Source: Beutenbergiaceae bacterium (GTDB taxonomy: Bacteria; Actinomycetota; Actinomycetes; Actinomycetales; Beutenbergiaceae). From it: a stretch of 64,000 nt of DNA. Numbering within the stretch: position 1 is the first letter of the stretch; every line of letters begins with the position of its first letter. A program made the translations under genes and the position numbers. Of this stretch, positions 36,306 through 46,620 are shown piece after piece. The stretch is from assembly GCA_048594865.1 (NCBI GenBank), contig JBMDWZ010000076.1, positions 5,111-69,110 on the forward strand, given 5' to 3'. A model generated the notes under the pieces. It had not been told where the DNA came from, searched no databases, and was given only the letters and a program-made list of their open reading frames with translations.

Positions 36306-37849
36306 CCGGCGACGGCGGAATCCAAGTCTGCGGCCAACGCACCGTCGACCCGGGCGCGCAGTCGGGTGCCTTCGGGCAGGTGTTCGGTGCTGATGACCTC
36401 ACCGGCCACGTGCGCCCGGTGCACCAGGTCTCCGCGCTGGTACGGAACCACCAGGTCTACCTCGACCTGGGGTCGCGGCAGGGTCTGCGCGATGAGCTCC
36501 TTCAGTTCATCGACCCCGGCCCCGGTGCGCGCCGAAACGGCGACCGCGCCGGGCTCCTTGGTGCGCAACGCGGCCAGCGCCTCATCGGCGGCCAGGTCGC
36601 TCTTGTTCAGCGCGATGAGTTCGGGCAGGTCGCTGGTGCCCTCGATCTCCCGCAAGACGGCGCGTACGGCTTCTATCTGACCGCGCGGGTCTGGGTGGGA
36701 GGCATCGACGACGTGCACGATCACGTCACTCTCGGCGACCTCTTCCAGGGTGGAACGGAAGGCCTCGACGAGTTGGGTGGGCAGGTTGCGCACGAATCCG
36801 ACGGTGTCGGCCAGGGTGTAAGCCCGGCCGTCCGCGGTTTCACTGCGGCGGACCGTGGGGTCCAAGGTCGCGAACAGTGCGTTCTCCACCAGCACCCCGG
36901 CGTCGGTGAGCCGGTTCAGTAGGGAGGACTTACCTGCGTTGGTGTAGCCCACGATCGCGACCGCCGGTGCGTAACCGCTGCGCCGCGCGCGCCGTTGACC
37001 TTCGCGTGCGGGGGCCATCTGGTTGATCTGGCGGCGCAGCTTGGCCATTCGAGTGCGAATCCGGCGGCGATCGAGTTCGATCTTTGTTTCACCGGGTCCA
37101 CGGGAGCCCATTCCGGCACCGGCGCCGATCCGGCCACCGGCCTGCCGGGACATCGACTCACCCCACCCACGAAGCCGTGGCATGAGGTATTCCAACTGCG
37201 CGAGTTCAACCTGCGCCTTGCCCTCCCGGGACTTGGCGTGTTGGGCGAAGATGTCCAGGATCAGGGCGGTGCGGTCGATGACCTTGACCTTGACCACGTC
37301 TTCCAGGCCACGCCGTTGCGAGGGTGCGAGCTCGGTATCCACAACCACGGTGTCGGCGCCGGCGGACTTCACCAAGGACGCTAATTCGGCCGCCTTACCC
37401 GACCCGAGGTAGGTGCCGGGGTCGGGGTTAGCGCGGCGTTGGATGACCGCGTCGAGGACCTGAGATCCGGCGGTCTCGGCCAGGGCGGCAAGTTCACGCA
37501 GCGACACCTCGGCCTGCTCAACGGTGCCCTCAGTCCACAGACCCACCAGGACCACCCGCTCCAGGCGCAACTGCCGGTACTCAACTTCGGTGACGTCGTC
37601 GAGCTCGGTGGACAAACCGCCGACGCGCCGCAGGGCGTGCCGTTCGGCCACGTCGAGTTGCTCGCCGTCGTGTTCGGTGTAGCCGGCGTCTTGGTCTTGG
37701 ATGGAGGCGCTGCCACGCGAAAGGATCCGGTCGACTACTTCCCGAGCCCTGTCCTCGGTATCCGGCGCCGGTGTCTGCTCGCTGATCTGCGAGGTCTCGG
37801 CGCTGGTGCCGTGGCTGGTGCGCTCTTGCACCGGGTTCTGCTCGGGCAT
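36302..37849 (-). CDS. hflX: Ribosome-associated GTPase HflX
   Basis: G1 motif VGYTNAGKSSLLNRLT, G3 motif DTVGF and G4 motif NKSD. The HflX N-domain is present (…ELAALAETAG…). The ATG at 37849 avoids overlap with the divergent methyltransferase; the longest ORF extends to 37927. Confidence 0.93.
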   Translation of the reverse strand: MPEQNPVQERTSHGTSAETSQISEQTPAPDTEDRAREVVDRILSRGSASIQDQDAGYTEHDGEQLDVAERHALRRVGGLSTELDDVTEVEYRQLRLERVVLVGLWTEGTVEQAEVSLRELAALAETAGSQVLDAVIQRRANPDPGTYLGSGKAAELASLVKSAGADTVVVDTELAPSQRRGLEDVVKVKVIDRTALILDIFAQHAKSREGKAQVELAQLEYLMPRLRGWGESMSRQAGGRIGAGAGMGSRGPGETKIELDRRRIRTRMAKLRRQINQMAPAREGQRRARRSGYAPAVAIVGYTNAGKSSLLNRLTDAGVLVENALFATLDPTVRRSETADGRAYTLADTVGFVRNLPTQLVEAFRSTLEEVAESDVIVHVVDASHPDPRGQIEAVRAVLREIEGTSDLPELIALNKSDLAADEALAALRTKEPGAVAVSARTGAGVDELKELIAQTLPRPQVEVDLVVPYQRGDLVHRAHVAGEVISTEHLPEGTRLRARVDGALAADLDSAVAG

Positions 37850-37950
37850 GGGTTCCTTGTCTGCTTGGCTGAAGTGGACCTCAAGTTTCCCACGCTCGCG
37901 CGAATCGTCCAATGCTTTTCCGCGCACGGCTTAGTTGGTCGCGGGCCCCG

Positions 37951-38586
37951 ATGGCCTCCGGTGGCCGATATCCTCACCGGGTGCCGCATTACTTCGACTC
38001 CAGTCCCACCGGCCCCAGCCAGGAACGAACGCTCACCGTGAACCTGCGCGGGCAAGAGGTCGGTGTCACCACCGATCGGGGGGTGTTCTCCACCGACCGG
38101 CTGGACCTGGGCACCGGGGTGTTGCTGCGCATGGTCCCCGACCCACCGGCGGGCGGCACGCTGCTGGACCTGGGCTGTGGCTGGGGTCCGATCGCGCTCT
38201 CGATGGCCGCCGCATCACCCGGTGCTCGGGTGTTAGCGGTGGACGTCAACGAACGCGCCCTGTCCCTCACCCGGGACAACGCCAAGCGCCTGGGCTTAAC
38301 GAACGTGCAGACCTTCACCCCCGAGGCGCTCCTTGCCGCCGAACCGGAGTTGGCGATCGATGAGTTGTGGTCCAATCCCCCGATCCGGGTGGGCAAACAG
38401 GTACTGCATGACCTGATGCGCACCTGGATTCCACGAATCAACGACGACGGCGTAGCGCAGTTGGTGGTGCAGACGAACCTGGGATCTGACTCGCTGCAGC
38501 GGTGGCTACAGTCCGAGCTGGAGGTCGAGGTGACGCGCCTGGGGAGCTCGAAGGGGTTCCGGGTGTTGAGCGTGCGCCGCGCCTAG
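37951..38586 (+). CDS. Class I SAM-dependent methyltransferase (RsmC/RlmG-like small domain)
   Basis: SAM motif LLDLGCGWGPIAL, then VDVNERAL and the catalytic-like SNPPIRVGK. The start is uncertain: ATG at 37951, or the longest ORF at 37912. Confidence 0.75.
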   Translation: MASGGRYPHRVPHYFDSSPTGPSQERTLTVNLRGQEVGVTTDRGVFSTDRLDLGTGVLLRMVPDPPAGGTLLDLGCGWGPIALSMAAASPGARVLAVDVNERALSLTRDNAKRLGLTNVQTFTPEALLAAEPELAIDELWSNPPIRVGKQVLHDLMRTWIPRINDDGVAQLVVQTNLGSDSLQRWLQSELEVEVTRLGSSKGFRVLSVRRA

Positions 38587-38603
38587 GGCGGCGGATCGCT
38601 AGG

Positions 38604-39596
38604 TCAGTTCGCGGCGAGCACCGCGGTGCTCAATGGCGACACCTGCGCGGTCAACTCGGCGGGACCGGTGAGTTCGACGTGCCCGTTGTCCATGATGGTG
38701 ACCCGTAACTGCCCGCCGGGCACCTCAACGAACCAGGTATCAGGGGCGCCATCGCCAAACCAACTGCGCACGGCGATCGCCGCAGCGCACGCGCCAGTCC
38801 CACACGATTCGGTCTCACCCGACCCGCGTTCGTGCACGCGCATTTTCACCACACCAACGGTCTCGGTGCCGACCACGTCACCGGTCTCATCGACCACTTC
38901 GATGTCCTGTTCACCAAGCGGGACCACCAGTTCCACGTTCGCGCCGTCGGCCGGCAGCGGGTCGATGACCGGCGCCGTAGACAGATCGGCCTTTTCCAGT
39001 TCGCTGGGGTCGGTGAGGGCGATGACCGCGTGCGGGTTCGGAACGGCGACCCGCAAGCCCGGGCGAGCTCCCGGCAACCCGGCCACGTCGATGCTGACGT
39101 CGGAGCCGGCCGCGAGCGCCTCGTCTCCCCCGGGGACCGTCCATGGCCCCATGTCGACGGCAAACTGGTCACCTTCACGCCGCACAATCAACTCACCGGC
39201 GCGGGTAGCGATCGGCACCACATCGCCGTCGGGCAGGTCGATCAGGCCCTGCTGCATGAGGAAGGCGACGAACACCCGGATGCCGTTCCCGCACATCTGG
39301 GAGACCGAGCCGTCGGAGTTGCGGTAGTCCATGAACCATTGGGCGTCCACGAGTGGGACGTCCAGCAGTTCGGTCGTGGCCGATTCCACCCGGACCGCAC
39401 GGATCGCGCCGTCGGCGCCGATGCCGCGCCGGCGGTCGCACAGCGCGGCCACGTCACTCTGCGTCCAGGGCAGGTCCGCTTCGGGGTCCAGGGTGAGCAG
39501 GAAGTCGTTCCCGGTGCCGTGGCCCTTGATCAACGCCAACCCCTGCACCTGCGCTAGTCCGTGGGCGGCCGGTGCGTCCTGCTCGATGGGATCCAT
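38604..39596 (-). CDS. dapF: Diaminopimelate epimerase
   Basis: 330-aa ORF with GHGTGNDF, the catalytic Cys contexts QMCGNGIRVF and ESCGTGACAAA, and a two-domain length. Confidence 0.95.
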   Translation of the reverse strand: MDPIEQDAPAAHGLAQVQGLALIKGHGTGNDFLLTLDPEADLPWTQSDVAALCDRRRGIGADGAIRAVRVESATTELLDVPLVDAQWFMDYRNSDGSVSQMCGNGIRVFVAFLMQQGLIDLPDGDVVPIATRAGELIVRREGDQFAVDMGPWTVPGGDEALAAGSDVSIDVAGLPGARPGLRVAVPNPHAVIALTDPSELEKADLSTAPVIDPLPADGANVELVVPLGEQDIEVVDETGDVVGTETVGVVKMRVHERGSGETESCGTGACAAAIAVRSWFGDGAPDTWFVEVPGGQLRVTIMDNGHVELTGPAELTAQVSPLSTAVLAAN

Positions 39597-39605
39597 GGGG
39601 CCAGC

Positions 39606-40529
39606 CTAACTCTCGGCGACGAGCGCCAGCGTTTGCTCCAGTGCCCCCGGCCCGGCGGGCAGCCAAGTGATTCGAGGGTCGCGACGGAACCACTTGATCT
39701 GCCGGCTTGCCAACTGCCTGGTCGCCGTCGTCGTGGATTCCACGGCTTGGGCGATGGTGCACCGCTGCTGCAGGGCGTCGATGGCTTGGGCGTACCCCAC
39801 GGCCCGGCTCGCCGTTTTGCCCTGCTGTAGTCCCCCCTGCAGCAGACGTTGCGTCTCCGCCAGCAAACCGTCGTCGAACATCGCCTGGGCGCGCTGGGCG
39901 ATCCGCATGTTGAGTTCCTCCCGCGGCACCTGCAGGCCCACCTGGATCGCCGGGACGTGGTATCGATGCTGCGGCAACGAGGCCGAATATGGCTTCCCGG
40001 TGAGCTCGATTACTTCCAGGGCTCGCACGATCCGGCGGGCGTTGGCTCGGTCGATGCGCTGCGCGGCGGCGGGATCGGCGCGGGTCAACTCATCGTGCAG
40101 CACCCCGGGGCCTTGTTCGCTCGCACGTGACTCCAACGCCGCGCGAACGTCGGGGTCCGTGCCGGGAAAGGACATCTCATCTAGCAGCGCTCGCACGTAC
40201 AGTCCCGAGCCCCCGACGACGACGGCGGGTCGCCCCCGGGCGGCGATAGCGCTGAGATCTGCGCGTGCGTGCGTTTGATAGGCGGCTACCGAGGCGTCCT
40301 GAGTGACGTCCAGGACGTCGAGTTGGTGGTGGGTGATTGCGCGCCGTTCGCCGATCGGAACTTTTGCAGTGCCGATGTCCATCCCCCGGTACAGCTGCAT
40401 GGCATCGGCGTTGACGATCTCGCCACCCATTTCTTGGGCGAGATCCAGCGCAAGTTCAGATTTTCCGGTCGCGGTTGGGCCAACGACGGCGATCACAGGG
40501 GCAGACACGGACACGAACCTATCGGGCAT
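39606..40529 (-). CDS. miaA: tRNA dimethylallyltransferase
   Basis: P-loop VVGPTATGKSELALDLA, then NADAMQLYRGMDIGTAK. The ATG at 40529 was chosen so the gene does not overlap the divergent ORF; the longest ORF extends to 40634. Confidence 0.93.
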   Translation of the reverse strand: MPDRFVSVSAPVIAVVGPTATGKSELALDLAQEMGGEIVNADAMQLYRGMDIGTAKVPIGERRAITHHQLDVLDVTQDASVAAYQTHARADLSAIAARGRPAVVVGGSGLYVRALLDEMSFPGTDPDVRAALESRASEQGPGVLHDELTRADPAAAQRIDRANARRIVRALEVIELTGKPYSASLPQHRYHVPAIQVGLQVPREELNMRIAQRAQAMFDDGLLAETQRLLQGGLQQGKTASRAVGYAQAIDALQQRCTIAQAVESTTTATRQLASRQIKWFRRDPRITWLPAGPGALEQTLALVAES

Positions 40530-40542
40530 ATGCTGGGTAGCG

Positions 40543-41073
40543 ATGAGCACACCCGATGCAAGTGGCGATGACGACCTCGCCCCGGATGAACAAGCCCCCA
40601 ATAACCCCGAGTGGGACCTGTCCGAAGAGGACATCGCCGCAGCCGAGGTTCACCCCGTCAGCAAGGAACGGGTCCGTGACCTGATCAAGCGTCAGGGTCA
40701 CAACTATCTGATCCGCCCCGACGGGCAGGCCGCCGGGATTTGGAACGGGTCGCTGTTCACCTTCACCGTGACCCAGCGGGTGTTCCAGGTTCGGGGCACT
40801 TGGAACCGCAACATCACCATCGAGCGGCGCGAAGAGATGATGGCGCTGATCAACAACTTCCACGCCCGAAACCCGTGGCCGAAGTGCCTGCTGCAGGTGC
40901 TCGATGACGGCACCATGCGGTTGACCGCGGAGATGGACACCCCGATCAGTGCGGGTGCCTCCGACCAGCAACTCGGGCGCGCGATCCGGCTCGGCGTAGG
41001 CGCGAGCCTGTCGCTGTTCAAGCAACTCGGCGATAAGTACCCCGACCCACTGATGTCAGGTGAGAAGGCATGA
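40543..41073 (+). CDS. YbjN-like (type III chaperone-fold) protein, copy 1
   Basis: Starts at the ATG at 40543 (MSTPDASGDDD…). Family-like segments are FTFTVTQRVFQVRGTW, NNFHARNPWPKCLL, TAEMDTPISAGASDQQL and LFKQLGDKYPD. The family is called from memory. Confidence 0.55.
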   Translation: MSTPDASGDDDLAPDEQAPNNPEWDLSEEDIAAAEVHPVSKERVRDLIKRQGHNYLIRPDGQAAGIWNGSLFTFTVTQRVFQVRGTWNRNITIERREEMMALINNFHARNPWPKCLLQVLDDGTMRLTAEMDTPISAGASDQQLGRAIRLGVGASLSLFKQLGDKYPDPLMSGEKA

Positions 41074-41567
41074 GCGAACCCACAGATCTTCCCGGTGTCT
41101 CGGAGTGGCCCGAGCCGGTGACGTTGGAACGCGTCGCGGAACTCGCCAAGGGTGCCGGGGTCACCATGGAGAGCACCGAAAATGGGCGACTGCGGGCGCG
41201 GGTCGGCGAGAATCTCATCGAGGTGGCCCTCACCGACGATGCCAACAAGGTGCTGCGCATCCTTGGGCTATCGGGTGGGACGGTGGCCGAGGATCGGATC
41301 AACGACCTGGCCACGTTCGCCAACAACTGGCACCGTGAGCGGGTGTGGCCCACCCTGCTGTGGACCAAAGGCAAGGACGGCCAGGTGAACCTGCGCAGCG
41401 TGTTCACCATCGATGTCACCGCCGGTTCATCCAACTCGCAATTGGCAATGGTGGTGCAGACCGGTCTGGCCGCGAGTGCTAAAGGGCTGGACACGTTCCG
41501 TTCCGCAATCGCCGACGGGATCACCGAGCCGCCTCCACCGAGCGCGCCCGCTGCCGACCAGCAGTAG
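41070..41567 (+). CDS. YbjN-like protein, copy 2
   Basis: 165-aa ORF with an ATGA overlap with copy 1. It has the same architecture (…LRILGLSGGTV…ANNWHRERVWPTLLW…FTIDVTAGSSNSQL…). Confidence 0.55.
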   Translation: MSEPTDLPGVSEWPEPVTLERVAELAKGAGVTMESTENGRLRARVGENLIEVALTDDANKVLRILGLSGGTVAEDRINDLATFANNWHRERVWPTLLWTKGKDGQVNLRSVFTIDVTAGSSNSQLAMVVQTGLAASAKGLDTFRSAIADGITEPPPPSAPAADQQ

Positions 41568-41582
41568 TACGCCGGAGCTGCG

Positions 41583-42353
41583 ATGACCCCCGAGGTGCGT
41601 GACCTGCGCGAATTGATCGCCGGCGCACGGAGGATCGTGGGGTTCACCGGCGCTGGGGTGTCGACGGAGTCGGGGATCCCCGACTTCCGCTCCGCCGGTG
41701 GGGTGTGGACCAAGTACGACCCGGCCACGTTCGACTTCGACGCCTTTGTCCGTGACGCCGCCGTGCGCCGGCTCAGTTGGCAAATGCGCCGGGAGTTCTT
41801 CGACGCTGGCGCCCAGCCAAATCCGGCACATCATGCGTTCGCCGAGTTGGAGCGACGTGGCGCAAGCACCGGGGTCATCACTCAGAACATCGATGGCCTG
41901 CATCAGGCCGCCGGCTCGGTGAATGTGCTGGAGGTGCATGGCACCGCCAAGGAGGTCATGTGTATCGGCACCGACCCATCTCGCGGCACTCCGCGGGGCT
42001 GCGGGTGGCGGGTGCCGCACGAACAGGTGATGGACCTCGTGGACGCCGGTGAGGACGATCCGCACTGCCCACGGTGCGGTGGGCTGGTGAAGTCTGCGAC
42101 GATCTCCTTCGGTCAGATGCTGGATGAGCACGTGATCAGCGCCGCGATCAAGTTGGCTCAAAGTAGCGACCTGCTCATTACCGCGGGATCCTCGCTACAG
42201 GTCTACCCGGCAGCAGGGTTGCCGATGGAGACGCTCAACCATGGTGGGCAGCTCGTGATCATTAACGATGAGCCCACACCGTTGGACGCCTACGCCGACC
42301 TGGTAATCCGTGGCAAAGCCGGGGTGGTACTGGGCCAGGCGGTGGCGCCGTAG
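41583..42353 (+). CDS. cobB: NAD-dependent protein deacylase (Sir2/CobB family)
   Basis: 256-aa ORF with GAGVSTESGIPDFRS, TQNIDGLH, HG and a zinc module (C…C … CPRCGG). It starts 15 nt after the preceding stop. Confidence 0.9.
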   Translation: MTPEVRDLRELIAGARRIVGFTGAGVSTESGIPDFRSAGGVWTKYDPATFDFDAFVRDAAVRRLSWQMRREFFDAGAQPNPAHHAFAELERRGASTGVITQNIDGLHQAAGSVNVLEVHGTAKEVMCIGTDPSRGTPRGCGWRVPHEQVMDLVDAGEDDPHCPRCGGLVKSATISFGQMLDEHVISAAIKLAQSSDLLITAGSSLQVYPAAGLPMETLNHGGQLVIINDEPTPLDAYADLVIRGKAGVVLGQAVAP

Positions 42354-42395
42354 CCGCGTTCGGTTACTCGCTGGGGCCAGTTCGCCGCGCGTAGG

Positions 42396-43928
42396 CTAGT
42401 TCGCCGCGCGTAGCGTCGGGATTCCCAGGCCGACTGGCTGCGGACCCGTTGGCTTGGGCTCGCTAGCCGCGTCCTTCGCCCGCTGGCCGATCTCCCAGGC
42501 GTCCCCGGAGCGGGTTGGGCGGACCTCAAAAGTTCCGCCGTGGGCGCCGGAGTCTGCGATGAGGTGGTGCGGGGCCGAGGAGGTGACCTGCACGCTCACC
42601 ATGTCCCCCGGGCGGGGTTGATCCTCGACGGGCACATCCGCGGGCATCGCCAGGTGAACCAGCCGGTTGTCTGGTGCCCGACCCGACAGCCTGCGGGTGG
42701 CGGTGTCCTTGCGACCTTCGCTCTGGGCGATGAGCACCTCCATGGTCCGGCCCACCTGCTTAGCGTTCTCCTCTTCGGAGATCCGCTCCTGGAGCTTGAG
42801 CAGCCGGCCGTAGCGTTCGGCAACCACGTCGGCCGGGACCTGATTCTCAAGCTCGGCGGCCGGGGTGCCTGGGCGCTTGGAGTACTGGAAGGTGAAGGCG
42901 CTGGAGAACCGGGAGGCCTCCACGACTCTCAGGGTGTCTTCGAAGTCCTCATCGGTCTCACCAGGGAACCCGACGATGATGTCGGTGGTGATGGCGGCGT
43001 CGGGCATCTGGGCCCGTACCCGGTCCAGGATCCCGAGGAACTTGGCGGACCGGTAGGACCGGCGCATGGCGCGCAAGATGGAGTCCGAGCCGGACTGCAA
43101 TGGCATATGCAGTGAGGGCATGACGTTGTGGGTTTGGGCCATCGCGTCGATAACGTCGTCGGTGAACGCGGCCGGGTGCGGTGAGGTGAAGCGCACACGT
43201 TCCAGGCCTTCGATGTGCCCGCAGGCGCGCAGCAGTTTGGCGAACGCGCCTCGGTCCCCGAAGCCCACGCCATAGGAATTGACGTTCTGACCCAGAAGCG
43301 TGACCTCCAACGCACCCTGGCTGACCACGGCGCCAACTTCGGCGAGCACGTCCCCTGGCCGGCGGTCGCGCTCCTTGCCGCGCAGGCTCGGAACGATGCA
43401 GAAGGTGCACGTGTTGTTGCAGCCCACTGAGATCGACACCCAAGCCGCATACGCGCTCTCGCGCCGGGTGGGCAGGGTGGAGGGAAAGACCTGCAAGGAC
43501 TCTTCGATCTCCACTTGGGCGCTCTCGTTGTGCCGTGCCCGTTCCAGGAGCACAGGCAGCACGTCCAAGTTGTGGGTGCCGAACACCACGTCCACCCACG
43601 GCGCGCGCTCTACGATGCCCGCACGATCCTGTTGTGCCAGGCACCCGCCAACGGCGATCTGAAAGTCCGGGCGCTCCTTCTTGATCGAAGCGAGCTGGCC
43701 GAGGTTCCCGTACAGCCGCTCGGCCGCGTTCTCCCGCACGGCGCAGGTGTTGATCACCACAACGTCGGCCCGCGCGGCCTGATCGAGCAGCGATCCGGTG
43801 GTGTCACCAGAGTCGACGTATCCGGCCTGCTCAAGCATTCCGGACATGCGCTCGGAGTCGTGCACATTCATTTGGCAGCCCAAAGTGCGCACCAGGTAGG
43901 TGCGGGCTGGCTGGGTTGGAGCGCTCAC
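42396..43928 (-). CDS. miaB: tRNA-i6A37 methylthiotransferase
   Basis: N-terminal cluster [13 protein letters not shown], the radical-SAM [11 protein letters not shown] motif and a C-terminal TRAM domain. I prefer the GTG at 43928, which has TAGAAT 8 nt upstream. The longest ORF starts at the GTG at 43985. Confidence 0.94.
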   Translation of the reverse strand: MSAPTQPARTYLVRTLGCQMNVHDSERMSGMLEQAGYVDSGDTTGSLLDQAARADVVVINTCAVRENAAERLYGNLGQLASIKKERPDFQIAVGGCLAQQDRAGIVERAPWVDVVFGTHNLDVLPVLLERARHNESAQVEIEESLQVFPSTLPTRRESAYAAWVSISVGCNNTCTFCIVPSLRGKERDRRPGDVLAEVGAVVSQGALEVTLLGQNVNSYGVGFGDRGAFAKLLRACGHIEGLERVRFTSPHPAAFTDDVIDAMAQTHNVMPSLHMPLQSGSDSILRAMRRSYRSAKFLGILDRVRAQMPDAAITTDIIVGFPGETDEDFEDTLRVVEASRFSSAFTFQYSKRPGTPAAELENQVPADVVAERYGRLLKLQERISEEENAKQVGRTMEVLIAQSEGRKDTATRRLSGRAPDNRLVHLAMPADVPVEDQPRPGDMVSVQVTSSAPHHLIADSGAHGGTFEVRPTRSGDAWEIGQRAKDAASEPKPTGPQPVGLGIPTLRAAN

Positions 43929-44055
43929 GGGCTGCGATTCTACGCGCCAAATCCGATGACCACGAGCGCGCGGCGCAATGGGCACCTAATGATCGAGTCC
44001 GATTTGTAATGTTCTGCGTGAAGCGACCGAAACATCGAGGCAGTAGGTTGCACCT

Positions 44056-44859
44056 ATGTCAGAACAGACACCGGCCACCAGCGACCTCACCACACCGGCT
44101 TCCGAAACCGAGGCCGCCGTAGGTCAACCGTTGGTAATCCTCTCCGAGGTGCAGAAGCACTTCGGAGACCTGCACGTGCTCAAAGACATCAACCTCACCG
44201 TGCACCGGGGCGAGGTTGTCGTGGTGATCGGCCCCTCAGGGTCTGGTAAGTCCACCCTGTGCCGCACGATCAATCGGCTCGAGCCCATCGGCAGCGGCTC
44301 GATCACCTTGGACGGTAAGAACCTCCCCGCCGAGGGCCGGGCGCTGGCCCGGCTGCGCGCAGACGTGGGAATGGTGTTCCAGTCCTTCAACCTCTTCGCA
44401 CACAAATCGATCCTTGAAAACGTCACGCTTGGACCGATCAAGGTCAAGAAAATGAAGAAGGCCGAGGCCAAAGAAGTCGCCATGGACCTTCTGGAGCGTG
44501 TGGGGGTAGCGAACCAAGCCGACAAGATGCCTGCCCAGCTCTCCGGTGGTCAGCAGCAGCGGGTCGCGATTGCACGTGCTCTGGCGATGCGACCCAAGGT
44601 GATGCTCTTCGATGAGCCCACCTCGGCCTTGGACCCCGAAATGGTCAACGAGGTTCTGGACGTCATGGTGACCTTGGCGAAGGAGGGCATGACGATGGTT
44701 GTGGTCACCCACGAGATGGGCTTTGCGCGCAAGGCCGCAGACCGTGTGGTGTTCATGGCCGATGGGCAGATCGTTGAATCCAACGACCCCGAATCGTTCT
44801 TCGGAAACCCGCAAAGCGACCGGGCAAAAGACTTCCTCGGCAAGATCCTGACGCACTGA
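44056..44859 (+). CDS. gluA: Polar amino acid (glutamate-type) ABC transporter ATP-binding protein
   Basis: Walker [10 protein letters not shown], signature [15 protein letters not shown] and Walker [12 protein letters not shown]. The four-gene order and its position next to recX match gluABCD of corynebacteria. Confidence 0.85.
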   Translation: MSEQTPATSDLTTPASETEAAVGQPLVILSEVQKHFGDLHVLKDINLTVHRGEVVVVIGPSGSGKSTLCRTINRLEPIGSGSITLDGKNLPAEGRALARLRADVGMVFQSFNLFAHKSILENVTLGPIKVKKMKKAEAKEVAMDLLERVGVANQADKMPAQLSGGQQQRVAIARALAMRPKVMLFDEPTSALDPEMVNEVLDVMVTLAKEGMTMVVVTHEMGFARKAADRVVFMADGQIVESNDPESFFGNPQSDRAKDFLGKILTH

Positions 44860-44926
44860 ACTGCACGTACGGTTCCTCACCGAACCACTCACATCGCACC
44901 CGCGTGCGAGCAATGAAGGAGAAAAG

Positions 44927-45826
44927 ATGAAGAACACCCGCACAACATTGATCGCAGTGGCTGCGGCTGGACTGCTCGCACTGTCCGCCTGCACCGCCGA
45001 ACCAGGCGAGGACGACCCGGACAACGGCGGCGACACGGGCAGCGAAGACGGTGGCGGCGAGGACGACGGCGCTGACGACGGTGGCGAAGCCAGCGGCGAC
45101 GGCGTGCGCATCGGCATCAAGTACGACCAGCCCGGCCTGGGTTACCAGGACGGCGGCGACTACACCGGGTTCGACGTAGACGTGGCCCGGTACGTGGCAG
45201 ACAAGCTTGGCTACAGCGAAGACGACATCACCTGGGTTGAAGCCCCTTCGGCAAACCGGGAAACCATGCTGGAGAACGGCCAGGTCGACATGATCTTCGC
45301 CACTTACTCCATCACCGAAGAACGCGACGAGGTCGTGGACTTTGCCGGCCCGTACTTCGTGGCCGGGCAGGACCTACTCGTTCGCGAAGACGAAGACCGC
45401 ATCGAGGGACCGGAGTCACTCGATGGCCTCAACCTGTGTTCGGTCAGCGGTTCCACCTCCGCTCAGCGCATCCAAGACGAATACGCCGACCAGGTGGAGC
45501 TCATCGAGCAGCCCGGTTACGCCGAGTGCTTGGTGTACCTGCAGGGTGGCCAGGTTGATGCCGTCACCACCGACGACATCATCCTCGCCGGTTTGGCCGC
45601 CGATGAAGGCTCCGGCGCTTTCCGGGTAGTCGGAAACCCGTTCTCCGAGGAGAACTACGGCATCGGCATCCCCGAAGGCTCCGACCAGTGCGAAGCCATC
45701 AACGAAGCCGTGCAAGAGATGATCGATGACGGCTCCTGGGAGGAGTTCGTTACTTCGAACACCGACGGCACCGGCTACACGGCGAACGACAGCCTGAACC
45801 CGCCGACCCTGGTCGACTGCGGCTGA
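44927..45826 (+). CDS. gluB: Amino acid ABC transporter substrate-binding lipoprotein
   Basis: Lipobox LLALSAC, an acidic Gly/Asp-rich linker, then a family-3 solute-binding fold (…IGIKYDQPGLG…FATYSIT…RDEVVDFAGPY…). Confidence 0.85.
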   Translation: MKNTRTTLIAVAAAGLLALSACTAEPGEDDPDNGGDTGSEDGGGEDDGADDGGEASGDGVRIGIKYDQPGLGYQDGGDYTGFDVDVARYVADKLGYSEDDITWVEAPSANRETMLENGQVDMIFATYSITEERDEVVDFAGPYFVAGQDLLVREDEDRIEGPESLDGLNLCSVSGSTSAQRIQDEYADQVELIEQPGYAECLVYLQGGQVDAVTTDDIILAGLAADEGSGAFRVVGNPFSEENYGIGIPEGSDQCEAINEAVQEMIDDGSWEEFVTSNTDGTGYTANDSLNPPTLVDCG

Positions 45827-45936
45827 TTTGAGCGCGTGGCGGTTGGGTGGGTGATCCGCCCAACCGCCACGACGTCGTTTCCTCGGCCGAGCGTGGCCGT
45901 TTCCGGTGGTTGTTGAGCATCGTTAAGGAGAAGTGA

Positions 45937-46620
45937 GTGGAGTACCTCAGCCAGTTTTGGGAGGTGTTAAGTCGCTACGACATCGCAGGTGCCTACTGGA
46001 CCAACATTCAGTTGGCCATCTTCGCGATTGTCTTTTCCCTGATCCTGGGACTCTTCCTGGCGGTCATGAGAATCTCTCCCGTGCCCTCCTTCAACGTCCT
46101 GGGTAGCCTGTACGTCACCCTGGTTCGCAACACCCCGCTGACGGTCTTCGTCGTATTCGCGGTGTTGGCCCTGTGGCCGGTACTGGGAATCGAGTTCTCT
46201 TCCAGCTTCTCCACCAACTTTTTCTGGCTCGCGGTCCTGGCACTGTCGGTCTACCACGCCTCGTTCATGTGTGAGGCCTTCCGCTCCGGTGTTAACACCG
46301 TGCCCACCGGACAGGTCGAAGCCGCCCGGGCGATCGGCCTGGGGTTCGGCCCCTCGGTGCGGCTCGTGATCCTCCCCCAGGCGTTCCGTGGCGCGATCGC
46401 CCCACTGGGTAACACGGTCATCGCCCTCATTAAGAACACCACGGTCGCGGCCGCCGCCTCGGTTCCGGAGATCGCGGTGCTCATGCGCGGCATGATCGAG
46501 AACCACGGAAACTACGCCTTCATGATCTTCCTGACCGTGGCCGCCGGGTTCGTGATCTTGGTCATCCCGATCGGCCTGCTCACCACGTTCCTCTCTAGGC
46601 GTCTTGCGGTGTCCCGATGA
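45937..46620 (+). CDS. gluC: Amino acid ABC transporter permease
   Basis: 227-aa polytopic ORF with a His/Glu/Gln-type permease core (…FMCEAFRSGVNTVPTGQVEAARAIGL…). Confidence 0.85.
   Translation: MEYLSQFWEVLSRYDIAGAYWTNIQLAIFAIVFSLILGLFLAVMRISPVPSFNVLGSLYVTLVRNTPLTVFVVFAVLALWPVLGIEFSSSFSTNFFWLAVLALSVYHASFMCEAFRSGVNTVPTGQVEAARAIGLGFGPSVRLVILPQAFRGAIAPLGNTVIALIKNTTVAAAASVPEIAVLMRGMIENHGNYAFMIFLTVAAGFVILVIPIGLLTTFLSRRLAVSR

Noticed and set aside
43937-43942. TAGAAT hexamer upstream of miaB, considered as a leaderless promoter.
   Set aside because: The 8-nt spacing to the GTG at 43928 is slightly long for a leaderless start. The alternative GTG at 43985 cannot be excluded. I used it only to choose the likelier start.
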